Shown here: in pieces, positions 53,501 through 63,104 of the stretch
Numbering within the stretch: position 1 is the stretch's first letter
How the letters are laid out: each line of letters starts with the position of its first letter
Source of the DNA: Pavona decussata
Taxonomy: Eukaryota
Assembly: GCA_977016875.1 (NCBI GenBank)
Contig: CDRNST010000188.1
Location: 3,410,001-3,474,000 of the forward strand
Direction of reading: 5' to 3'
Length of the DNA: 64,000 nt
Program-made: the position numbers and the translations under genes
The notes under the pieces: model-generated
What the model saw: only the letters and a program-made list of their open reading frames with translations
The model's database searches: none
What the model was told of the DNA's origin: nothing

Positions 53501-56500
53501 ATGCATAAAACATATTTGGAAAAGGAGGAAGAAGTGATGCCAGATGATTTATTAAGGACTGTCAGGTCACAAGAAGCTGATGATCACCAGGTGAAGGTGA
53601 TGAAGAGAAATGCTGATCAATGTTTATTTATTCATCACAGTTCTGAAAGCAGCCATTTTGAATCAACTGCAAGTGCAAAATTGTTGAAGTTGTTTCCCCA
53701 ATGTTTGCTAGATTTAGTGTACCATTTTCCCATAGAGTAGATAATGGTACATGTACCCAGTTTGCTTCAGAAATCTCCAAATGTTTCTGTGAACATAATT
53801 GTGGCCTCAAGCTAACAGTGAGGTTGAGTCTCACAATAAGTTACCATTTAAGTGTCTCCAGGTTGCTCATATTTTAAAGAAGATGAACTGCTGTACTACA
53901 GTCAAACCTCTTTATTACGGACACCAAGGGGACAGGGATAAGTGTCCGCATTATAGAGGTGTCCGTTTTAGAGAGGTAGGCTTTATATGGATTTCGGTCT
54001 CTCAGGGACCAAGTGAACTGTCCGTAATAGAGAGGTATCCATATTAAAGAGGTGTCCGTAAGGAGAGGTTCCACTGTAATTGGTTGTGTGGTTGACAGTG
54101 ATCTACCTCACAGGTCACCAAAGGTGCCACACCCTTTTTGGCTGGGAAATGAGATCCAAGTCACTGGAACTGAGAATGTAGACTATCAATGTTTGAGAGG
54201 AAAATGCAGGATAAAGACATAGGATGAAAGGAACTCGAGGCATATGCAGGTGCCATGCCCAAGTCCATCAAAGTCAGCAGTGCAGCACTGCTAGGAGCTG
54301 GAACGTCAAACAAGTTGTCAAGATATTTTTGTCCACACCCATTCAGAAGACAAGAAGTGAAGTTGCAGCCAGGAACGATGGGGAGTAGAACTAAAGTGTA
54401 ATACAATGTTTGTCAAGAAGTTCAATGAGGAGGAAGTTGCACACTGTACATGACTGTTAATGGCAGTTGTACAACTGATCTTGAGGAAGACAAGTAGGAA
54501 TCAGCAACAACCAGAACACAAAAGGACAAGATAAATTCAGGAGCAGGACCTTTCAAAAGAATAGCTGTTTACTTAAACAAAAGGCTGATTTACATGACAG
54601 AAACATTTTTGGCACAGCTTGGACAAACATGGTATGTGTACCAAAAAAATGGTTCGGTACGGATATAATTTGTTGTGTAAACAACTTTGCCCCATCCAAG
54701 CCGAGCCAAAATTTCACCCGTGCTCGGATCGGCTGGATAGGTAGTCCAATTGGGGGTGAAATTGGTATGTGTTCCCAAAAGCTTGGCCCGGCTCAGACGA
54801 AATGTGTAGTGTAAACTACTGATTGTGCCAAACTAATTTTTTCCTGACCAGCCTTCATCACTTTGGTCAGCACCATCTGTTGGAGAATGTGCAGTAATTC
54901 AATTCAACATGGCGGACTCAGCGGGCCCTTCAACAAGCAAGTCACCAAGAAAATCTGGCGGTCACTATTGGAAAGAAAATGAAGTAAAGGAATTGATTGA
55001 AATAATGCGTGAAGAGACCATCATTTATTGTCTGGATAGTGAATACTGTTTCTACCATCTCAAACCAGTGAGCACTGTGTGTAAACATCCAAATCATTGC
55101 TTGAAAGGACAGTGACAAGCCAGCATTGCTGCTATTACAATGAACATTTTGTATCTTCACCTTTTTCTATTAAACTGGAAAGAAGAACAGGAAAAGACTG
55201 ATTTTCAACCTCCCTGCAACAAAATGTGTGGCCTTTTTACACGTAGAAACTCCAAATACTTTTTGTCCGCCATGCTTGAATGAAATAAGCCATTGGCCGT
55301 ATGCATCCTAAGGAATAACTGTGTACGATACCCAAGATGTTGAGCCTTTTACCCATAGCTAAAACATTATCTCACACCACTAAGCATGGCACAAAAAAAG
55401 ACGTGTAAACAGGACATCAGCGCTATATTTTTTTGATACGTGTGTTGTGTAAATCAGCCTAAAGTTGGTAGAAATCTATGGTGCTTTCCATTGCTAATAG
55501 AATGCTGGTACCATTTTGAAAAAATCATAACACAAATAAAATTATTCTTCAAAATGGCACACTCTCAAAATGGTAGAAATAGAAGTGTGATCCATTTTGA
55601 AGGAATATGAAGGACTGTCATGTAACAGTCCTTCAAATTGGTGCATCCTGTATTGCAAACTAACCAGTTTTGACAAAGATGAAGTGCCCTTAGCAAGGTT
55701 TATTCTAGAACGCAGCTATGCAGGATTTCCGCAATTTAAAAGATGCTGCATATAATTTATGGTTGGCACATCAAATGGGGTGCACAAAATTGTGCCCAAG
55801 TACATAAGTACTTATTTTCTAAAATAAAGTACTTGAAAACATCACTGACGATAACGTTGATATGAAATTTGTAGCCTCTTACTGTCTCAATATTATTGTC
55901 AATTTGTAGCCTCTTCAGGCTGTCTCAATTCTTCTCTCTTCTTTGTTTCTGTGTTGGTATTCTGCACTTTCTTGAGTTTCTTATGAGCTATTCTTTTTTC
56001 TTTTGTTCATATATAATGATAGTAATGAGAAGAAAAAACAGTGAAAGTCACCATTGGCAAGCGACAAGAGGCATTATTTTAAGAGGCAAACATCTGGCAT
56101 TCTGCAGTTACTCATGTCTAGACAAGTATATATTTGATTCTCTTTTTTTTTTCTTTTTTTTTAATTGTACATTATATTTTTCACTGCATTTATTTCTTGG
56201 AGATACTAGCGCTTATACGCTACTCTTCAATCAGAGTTGAAATAAAGTTTTAATACTAATACATGTATTACTACAGGCCCTCTAAGTCAGTCAGAATGTT
56301 CCAAAATGGCTGCAAAATGTCCAGCCCACGTGGAAGGTCAAAAAGCACTCAGTTTTTTCAGATTTGGCTGAATAGACTCTACAAAGAAGTTCAAATATGG
56401 TTTTCAGAGCTCCCTTTCTTGGGCCCCCTTAAATTACCAATTTCTAACATAAACCATCCCTGCATCTCTGATTAAAAACAAAAAAGAATCAACTTGAACA

Positions 56501-58940
56501 AATTCATAAAATGAACCAGTATGTAAAACTCTGCAAATTGTGACCACTTAAGACTGACTTTCATCCAAACTGTTTCCTTGTGCTCTTCTTCCATCAAGTC
56601 CTTCGCTTACATGTAGAGGACTGAACAAAATTATGAATTAAGATAAAACAGGACAACACTGTTGAAATGAAATGGGAAAAAATCCCATTTTGACATTCCA
56701 CTCAGTTATACACATAAAGTACTTTAAATAACTAAAATGAAATAAAATAATTTCTGAATAAAGTTAACTACCTCTGCTGATAATCTGATGTCCTTTAGCA
56801 GTGCTAAAACAGGCTCCAGGTATTCTTGAATAAAATTCTTTACATCCCCTGCATAATGGGTTTCCAAAAGATTCTCCAGATGTGGAATTTGTGATTCAAA
56901 TGAGAAGTCCTGACATAAGGATCGCCAGTCCCAATCATTATCTTCTTCCTGCGATTGACAGTTAATGATTATCAATTTTGCATGTCATCTAAAAAAACAT
57001 TCTCCACACAATTCTCTGTAAATTTGCCCACACTCAACGCTTTTCCCACTACTTTACTAATTTTCTAACTTCCTGCAATACAAATTGATTTCCTAATGGA
57101 AACCACAAAACTCTGACAGCTACACAACATGTATGCAATGAGACGTGGCCATTGCTACCTACTTAATTCCTGTTGTGGTGATAAAGAAAAAAAAGTATCA
57201 ATGGTAAATTATTATCCTCAGTTGTGAAATAAGAAAGATGTTGAATTTACATCTTTTTAACGATCTATTAGCCATTAACCACTTTGAAAGGGCTGGTCAA
57301 CATGCTGCGACAGCTCACTCAAAATGTTCTAATATTCTTCTTTTCTTCTTTTCTTAGCAGTCCATATTCAAACTCCTTGAATTTCATTGGCCAGGTTCCT
57401 GTGATCCAAGGGTCTACATTTTCCCAGACCTTAAGTATGGAATCCTCTTAAGCATGCAAAATCAGTTTTACCCAAGCTCCAACAAAATAGTGGGGTTTTT
57501 TTTTTCTCTTAAAATGGAACTTATCATTCTTTAACTGTTGTAAAGTAAGAAAAAATTAGCATTGAAATAAGACACTTGGCAACTGTCAAAAAGGGCATGT
57601 AGTCATGTGATTGTAATGAAAAAACTGAATTTGTCCTACACCTTTTACCACTACAAATTACTTCAGCATAGAAAGATTGACAATGTGATGTCATTTTGCA
57701 TATTATACCCCCCCTCCCTCAAATCCAGTATATTAAAGAAAAATAGCAAGGAAGTCAAAAGTCCATGGAAAACAGGTCCATTCGCCACCCACCCCAAGGA
57801 GGAGGGTAATCTACTAATTAATATCAAGCACAAAGGTATGTGCCACACCAAAAGGAAAACATGGATGCAAAGTATTACCATTAAATGGACTGATATTGAA
57901 AATGACTTTTTTTGTCTGATAGTCTGAAATGATGTATACATTTTTAGCATTTTGGGTGGAAATATATGGTGACTCAGATCTAAAATTTGGTACAGAAAAC
58001 CACATATTTCTATCTGACAAAGTGTAAGGGTTTGAAGAAGTGCACCAAAAAAACCCTGGTAAAAACATTTGGAGGGATACCCCCCTCCAAGAGTCCCCCT
58101 TGTTTTTTCAATCCATCTCAACCCTCCAGGTGCTGGTTATTTAACCCACTTTTGGAACTAAAATGTTGATACCAATGACCAGGTTTAAAAAAAAATGAAA
58201 TATGTGATTCAAAATACCACACTAAGATCTCAGATGTTATAACCAATTTTCTACACACCAACTCCTCAGCAGCACTAAAATACAACAACCAGACTGCGAA
58301 TGAATGAAAATATTATGGAAATCATGTTTGGATGGCCATTGGCACATGGAAACAGACTCACTATTATATTTCAGATTCTTAATTCCATGATAAAAATGCT
58401 TCACTGCTGCAGTGAGGTACAAAAAAAGTGACAGACTTTGAACCCCAGTTCAAATGAAAGGTTGGCATAAATAAGCTGATAATAAATGACGCGCCTAATC
58501 CCGTATTTGAGCTTTTGGTGGGAAGATAACACAACGCTACCATACATAAATCCTAAAAGAAAGCGAAATAAGGGTGTTTGTACGAGCAGACATTTAAAGT
58601 GATTTTATATAATGCCATTTGACTTCCAACCGTGAGAAAAAAAAAGAGCAATCGATAACGAATACCAAGTCACGAAAAAATGTCTGCTTACAATGGCACG
58701 GTAATTTGTTCTTGTGTTCGAATTCTCTTTATTTGTCACGCGCATAAAATAATAATAATAATAATAATCATGGAATTCAAATATTTGTTTTGAACCGCTC
58801 TATGCCGTGCATAATATTACCTAAAAATTAGCAAATTTAAGCTTATAACACGAAGAACAAGGTTACGTTCTGAGACCTTCGAGACATGAAGCCACAACGC
58901 CGCAATTAAACCTTGTTTATGATCCTACCTTTGACGACAT
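20570..58940 (-). CDS. PLEKHG4: Rho guanine nucleotide exchange factor of the ARHGEF40/PLEKHG4/PLEKHG4B (Solo/puratrophin) family, ~1390 aa: Solo-type N-terminal domain, CRAL-TRIO/SEC14-like domain, spectrin repeats, DH, PH, Ser-rich tail
   Basis: 26 phase-consistent exons: 58929-58940, 56772-56948, 51489-51864, 50510-50635, 45528-45651, 41294-41399, 38964-39068, 34006-34122, 31536-31922, 29884-30006, 28631-28822, 27515-27802, 26907-27131, 26311-26363, 26006-26081, 25817-25920, 25506-25575, 25087-25176, 24669-24761, 24542-24592, 24039-24116, 23348-23518, 23058-23156, 22799-22877, 21535-22379, 20570-20575. Motifs: LLHSGVASLPGNRDLRGGPVL and LGFSVIVDAR (SEC14-like), QLTPEFGGVFHYDHDEWIRFR, EMIDTERDYVKSL..LFGNIERIHDFH..YLIKPVQRMGKYSLLL..QLRHGNDLLAMD (DH), [41 protein letters not shown] (PH). 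The first (12 nt) and last (6 nt) exons are the least certain. Confidence 0.9.
20806..21175. mobile_element. MITE in the last RhoGEF intron
   Basis: Imperfect ~30-bp TIRs GGGAACTTAAGCAACGGTGACGGCGACGGCAACG / CGTTGCCGTCGTCGCTGCTAAAGTTCCC, flanked by TA. Confidence 0.75.
22424..22557. mobile_element. Short MITE; a degenerate relative lies at ~19473-19610
   Basis: TIR TGACTCTTCCCCAGT / ACTGGGAAAGAGTCA; the internal CTTATTCTT.AATCT..ACGCGG.GGTTGATGGGA is shared with 19480-19530. Confidence 0.6.
28935..28993. repeat. (TTTA)n microsatellite
   Basis: Seen directly in the sequence. Confidence 0.95.
30277..30710. mobile_element. TA-flanked Tc1/mariner-like MITE, degenerate left end
   Basis: GTATAAGAAC near the left end pairs with GTTCTTATAC..TTTTACGG-TA at the right end; ATAAGAAC is repeated internally. 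Removing the element restores a motif also seen at 29297. Confidence 0.5.
35494..35558. repeat. (AAT/AAC)n microsatellite
   Basis: Seen directly in the sequence. Confidence 0.95.
37882..38040 (+). repeat. Local tandem duplication of ~70 bp
   Basis: ATGGCAAACA.CCTACTTCGTGATGCAA.TGAT.GGTATTAAA...AAAAGAGGATTACATTGTAA at 37882 and 37970. Confidence 0.85.
40630..40708. mobile_element. 79-bp MITE with 9-bp TSD
   Basis: 18-bp perfect TIR TAGCCTGCGTGGCAGGCG / CGCCTGCCACGCAGGCTA; TTTATTTAG duplicated at 40621-40629 and 40709-40717. A related partial copy starts at ~17633. Confidence 0.85.
47113..48212. mobile_element. Candidate solo LTR
   Basis: Termini TGTTATG...CATAACG; compositionally distinct 1.1-kb block with no long ORF. 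No TSD or PBS is visible. Confidence 0.3.
51877..52860 (-). mobile_element. 3' fragment of an L2/CR1-group LINE with a (TTA)n tail
   Basis: Degenerate RT C-terminus NLGVIMD..RKYLSRDDLKMLINASVVACLDYCDS..GLP..DKLQGIQNSAARLV..DHITPVL*DLHWLPV..FKVLLLTYK.LN..APSYL, followed by a 3' UTR and an (ATT)n tail at 51877-51932. Confidence 0.85.
53899..54076. mobile_element. Tc1/mariner (pogo/Tigger-type) MITE
   Basis: TA-CAGTCAAACCTCT..TTACGGACACC ... GGTGTCCGTAA..AGAGGTTCCACTG-TA; internal repeats of AGAGGTGTCCG. Confidence 0.8.
54583..55459 (+). mobile_element. Non-autonomous PIF/Harbinger-like element with a Myb/SANT-like ORF remnant
   Basis: Perfect 12-bp TIR GGCTGATTTACA...TGTAAATCAGCC; flanks AAA/TAA (Harbinger TSD is TWA). 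Internal ORF 54909-55115 has MADSAGPSTS..HYWKENEVKELIEIMREE, resembling the first trihelix/Myb helix. Confidence 0.7.
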
Positions 58941-59065
58941 TGGCTGAATTTGTCTCTTGTGAATCAAAGCCTCGAAAGATGCATTGGGTTGGTGAATATT
59001 TCAGGTCATTTCTGGTTCATTTGTAGCATCAAACCGCTCCTTATTGGTCTAGGGAGTTCACAACA

Positions 59066-59094
59066 CACTTCCGCCATATTGGATTATGCGCATG
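59066..59094 (-). promoter_or_regulatory. Putative RhoGEF core promoter: overlapping YY1-like (AATATGGCGG) and ETS (CGGAAGTG) motifs, with an adjacent NRF1-like TGCGCATG
   Basis: Motif match ~130 nt upstream of the inferred ATG (58940). Confidence 0.4.
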
Positions 59095-60976
59095 ACTTTT
59101 GTTCCGCTCAAATTCACCCTCTCCTCCCCAAGGAAACCCAACACCGCTCGAGGGTAACTGGCTTATTTCCAACTCAATCATCCTGTCATCGCCGCCGTAC
59201 TAAAGGTTGCTAGGACCTTGCAGGTTTCCATTATGGACTATCATCTCGATTGAGATGTTTTTTTTTTCTGTTTACTCCAGAACCTGTTATTCTGCCTCGA
59301 GGGAAAAAAGCTTGAAAATAGTCCACTTCTGTCAAAATTTAACGCTCAGTTTCGAACACTTATTTTCTCTGAAGTCTCCAAAGTAAGCGTCTCGAAATAA
59401 TAAAAATAATAGCATTTACTTGTCCACCATAAAAAATAACAGCAGCGTACAGTGATGTGGTTGGGTCATTACAATAAACGAACACAAATGAATAGCATAC
59501 AAAAAAACGCGTTTCCCGCCGCTGCTGTCTGCAGGCGTTTTCATCAGGATGTGACATCTCAGTCATTTGGTATTTATGCCCTATTTCACACTTGAAAAAT
59601 CTATGTTTGATTCTCGTTGTTGTTTTATTTTGCCAGTGATTGTCTTGTTTTTTGTCGAAGGGGCCGTCAGAGTCACCTATTTTTAGTGTCACTTTCAACA
59701 GCCAAAAAACATACAGGAATGGATGCAAACGTCAAAATAACGGTTCAATTTTTGTTTTTTGTTTTGTACACAGAAATTACATGTAATATCATTCATCTTT
59801 GGTTGCGGATGGCTACGATGGCAATGGATTGCAACTTGAAAAAAACTTTCTCGTCATTCATCCTCCTGCCCAGTAGATCAGGTTACTGTCTCCGCCAAAG
59901 TGTTCTCATTGTTACGTATTTTGTTTTTGTTTTCCACGTTGTAGCGTTAGCTATTTTGCTCCTGATCATTGACCAGCTGTATTTTCAAATTTCAAATTGT
60001 GACGTTTTTGTTTATGTAACAACTTTATCTATGTTTTTCAGGTATCTGTTGTAACTGTTTTAAATTGTAATGTCTCTTGCCACAGGGTCAGTCTCAAACA
60101 TACCCTGAAGAAGACAGGCCGTGTCTTTCGAAATATTGGGAAAATATACTTCCCTGACCATGAACTGATCAGCCTTGCTCTTTTTGAGATTATTTGTTCT
60201 ACAATTTTTTTGCTGATTAGATCCTTAACTACAGGATCCGGTACTATTATTTTGTTACGGTGGTCCTTGCAAACACATTTAATCACTGGTTTTTGTTGAA
60301 AAAAATTGGAAAACTTTTTCAAGTTCAGTATGTATCTTGGAGAATTGGCTAAACATTGGTTACAGTTTACTCTTGCTCGGGGGGATCATTTCATATTTTC
60401 TTCCAGGTGATCTAAGAGCAATCTCGTGTTAGAGAAGAGGTTCTTTATCAAATATTTGATCAGTTTTGACTAGCATACCCAGTGCCCCAGTGCCGCGCCG
60501 GAAAGAATAAACGGCCCAGGAAATGGTTGATCAGCGTCATGTCTGTGCGCAAGCCGACCACACCAATTGGCCATACCATATTATCAAACGCGTTAAAACC
60601 GTATTTTAAAGCTAACACGCTTGCGCGCATGTTACAAAATTAAAGTAGCTTCATAGCCGAACGCAGTTTACTTCTGCAACGTTGCCGAGCACAACGATAA
60701 GGAGTGAATGCCACGAGCCGTGTCAATTGATCGGTATGTCCTTATCCCGGAAAACATGATTGCCGCACCATTTGTTAAGGTTTCCGCAAGGCACGATTAT
60801 TTCCGACAACTTTTACCCTACATGGTAATCCGGATCACCAATTCAGCTTACAACAAATTAGCTTGAACCACAAGGATTTTATGCCGACTCGTCTCCCGTT
60901 TTCTTCCGAAAAACGTGAAGCCAACTTTTTCAAAGGTATCAGCGAGCATTTCAGTTTTTCCCGAAAAACAATAGGA

Positions 60977-61184
60977 AAAACATATGGATTACACTGTTGG
61001 CCTAGTATCTAAAATATATGGATTACACTGTTGGCCTAGTATCTAAAACATATGGATTACACTGTCGGCCTAGTATCTAAAACATATGGATTACACTGTC
61101 GGCCTAGTATCTAAAACATATGGATTACACTGTCGGCCTAGTATCTAAAACATATGGATGACACTGTCGGCCTAGTATCTAAAA
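60977..61184 (+). repeat. Minisatellite, 6 x 34 bp
   Basis: Unit AAAACATATGGATTACACTGT(T/C)GGCCTAGTATCT, head-to-tail with no spacers. Confidence 0.95.
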
Positions 61185-61927
61185 GTCGGGCAATTGGTAA
61201 TTCTGAGGGGGCAAGAGAGCTCCAACCTGCCCACCCTTGTATCCGGCAACTGATCACAGCGCAGTATTTGCTTTATCTTGTTAGCTCGCAGAGCCGGCAA
61301 CCAAAAGTTGGGTTCAAAATTGTCAGCTAATTAGCACAAAGTGTGTTTGTGTGGATAGATCACTTAACTGTTTTTCTAGCCTTTACGAAACAAGACTTGG
61401 ACAAACGTAGTGTACATCTTTATAAAAATGTTTTACCAGAAATGATAAACCTTGTCCCCAGGGTCTCATCGGTATCCAAAATGGCGAAAAAGAGCCCAAA
61501 CCGCCCTCTTGACTACAGAAATACCCCTTCCATGAAAAAAGAACCCAAACCGCCATCTTGACTGCAGAGATACCCCTACCCTAGCACCATGAAAACGAGT
61601 GGAATTTAATACACACAGGGTAAGTAGCTGGCAAAGTAGCTGCAAAACTCACTTACGCCTGTTCAGTTTCGCGATGTTTTTATTGAACTTACGATAATAC
61701 ATGTTTATAAGCCTGGAAAAGCCCAATACAGGACTTGATCTTCACCTCTGGATAAATTCATTGGGAGACGTTGACAGTTACATTAATGAACTGGCAAAAA
61801 AAGTTTAATTCAGTAACAATCATACTCTCAAAACGCCTTCCCTAGCTTCACTCTGAAATCCCTTGGTCTAGATAAAAGCAGTGAGGAAATTAATTTTATG
61901 AAAAACACGACACTCCTGAGTTTTATA

Positions 61928-61967
61928 ACAGACATGTTTTGGCAGTTGCCTCTGCCATCTTCAGTGT
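61928..61967 (-). ncRNA. Second hammerhead copy with GAAA->AAAA (G12A) core mutation, predicted inactive
   Basis: Minus strand reads aca-CTGAAGA-T-GGCAG-aggcaa-CTGCC-AAAA-CATG-TC-tgt; the substitution is at 61940. Confidence 0.65.
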
Positions 61968-62080
61968 GAAATGAACTTGTAACAAAAAAATTACAATAAT
62001 AATATGGTCTTAATTATTTCTATTATTATTGTAATTTTTTTAGCTGTATATTTCACTGTAATTTGTTACAAGTTCATTTC

Positions 62081-62120
62081 ACGCTGAAGATGGCAGAGGC
62101 AACTGCCGAAACATGTCTGT
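62081..62120 (+). ncRNA. Minimal type I hammerhead ribozyme motif, intact core
   Basis: acg-CTGAAGA-T-GGCAG-aggcaa-CTGCC-GAAA-CATG-TC-tgt: canonical CUGANGA and GAAA boxes, 5-bp helix II, palindromic CATG at helix III, GUC site, 3-bp helix I. Confidence 0.8.
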
Positions 62121-62195
62121 TATAAAACTCAGGAGTGTCGTGTTTTTCATAAAATTAAATCCCCTGGTGTTGTTAAATGTTAAGGTATTTCTATA

Positions 62196-62267
62196 AAAGC
62201 ATTCTGATTTTCAAGTCTGCATTACTCCGACATGGAGTTTACATACAAACTGTCATAAAGATACTTT
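62196..62267 (-). promoter_or_regulatory. Eukaryotic SECIS element, type II, in the deiodinase 3' UTR
   Basis: Minus strand reads AAAGTAT-CTTT-ATGAC-AGTTTGTAT-GT-AAA-CTCC-ATGTC-GGAG-TA-ATGCAGACT-TGAA-AATCAGA-ATGCTTT. This gives helix I (AAAGTAT/ATGCTTT), the AUGA..GA quartet, a fully paired 9-bp helix II, unpaired AAA and a CTCC/GGAG mini-stem. It lies ~560 nt after the DIO stop codon. Confidence 0.92.
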
Positions 62268-62822
62268 GAGAAATTCCTACACGTTAATGCTTACTTAATA
62301 GGGATAACAAGTTACACTTGAGATGAAATTCTGATAGCAAAATACTGTTCACTTTTCATCCCTTCCTGTGAACCCTCCCCCCCCCCCCCACCCCACTTCT
62401 CATCTTCATCTATTCTCATTTCTGTTATCTACGCGTTATGCAAAAATTGTTTGTACGTTATAGGTCAATGTTTTGTACATATTTTTATGTGAAAGGTGTA
62501 AGGAATAAATTTGGATCCTTATATAGCCTTAAATTCTCTGGTCATTCATGATGATCCAGTTGTCAGAGCGAGGCTTTTTCAACTGAGCAAACAACCTGTA
62601 CGCTCAAAACATTTTTAACAATACATTTGGTTCCAAAGTCTCAAAAAACGTTCAGAATATAACTTGAGTGAGAAACTGAATCAGATCTACTCAGTAAACT
62701 AATGATGTTGCTACATATCTGAAATATTTAAGAGATTTAAGAACCATAAGACATGAAATTTTGAGGCGGCTTAGTTTACTTTGTGTTTCAAAGAGACGGA
62801 AGTATTATTGTTCACCGGCAAA

Positions 62823-63104
62823 TTAATAGCTAATTACAGGGAAATTGTCCTCAGTAATTATGTTCTTGAGGCGGCGGCTAACTTCAGTAAGGTTGTATCC
62901 AAATGGCCCCACTCCTCCCTGATACAAAATTCTGCCATCCATGATAATGTAGAGTCTTTCCGGTGTGGCACCGTAAGCCACATTTGCTGTGTTCCACATT
63001 GTATCAACTACCACTGGAATCTTGACTGGACAGTGAGGCTGTAGAAGCTTAGCAGCAGCGCATCGTTGCTGAATAGTACAGTGCTGGCGTATTTTGTAGT
63101 TGTT
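62823..63104 (-). CDS. DIO: Iodothyronine deiodinase (DIO family, selenoprotein), terminal coding exon; upstream exons lie beyond the right edge
   Basis: Acceptor ttttgttttag| then NNYKIRQHCTIQQRCAAAKLLQPHCPVKIPVVVDTMWNTANVAYGATPERLYIIMDGRILYQGGVGPFGYNLTEVSRRLKN..*. This matches the DIO C-terminal half (cf. DIO1 NN.DIR.H..LQDR..AA...PVVVDTM.N.....Y.A.PERLYII..GRILY.G..GP..Y). A SECIS lies downstream. Confidence 0.92.
   Translation of the reverse strand, partial: NNYKIRQHCTIQQRCAAAKLLQPHCPVKIPVVVDTMWNTANVAYGATPERLYIIMDGRILYQGGVGPFGYNLTEVSRRLKNIITEDNFPVISY

Larger units (their letters stand above)
61868..62156. mobile_element. Extremely truncated PLE-type palindromic insertion (two inverted ribozyme-bearing terminal repeats) just 3' of the deiodinase SECIS
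   Basis: Inverted arms 61890-62004 and 62021-62158; the left arm has a ~22-nt internal deletion between TGTAATT microhomologies. Flanking direct repeats AAATCCCTTGGT (61856-61867) and AAATCCCCTGGT (62157-62168). A 22-nt unpaired extension (61868-61889) is present on one side only. Each arm carries a hammerhead motif. Confidence 0.8.

Noticed and set aside
53500-54500. Possible decayed DNA-transposon ORF (SQEAD-like motif)
   Set aside because: Too degenerate to assign without a translated search.
59360-60322. Hydrophobic ORFs upstream of the RhoGEF as a divergent gene
   Set aside because: Low-complexity T-rich translations with no splice-consistent model or known motif.
60977-61184. CRISPR-like array (34-bp repeats)
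   Set aside because: Units are contiguous with no unique spacers, there are no cas genes, and the context is eukaryotic.
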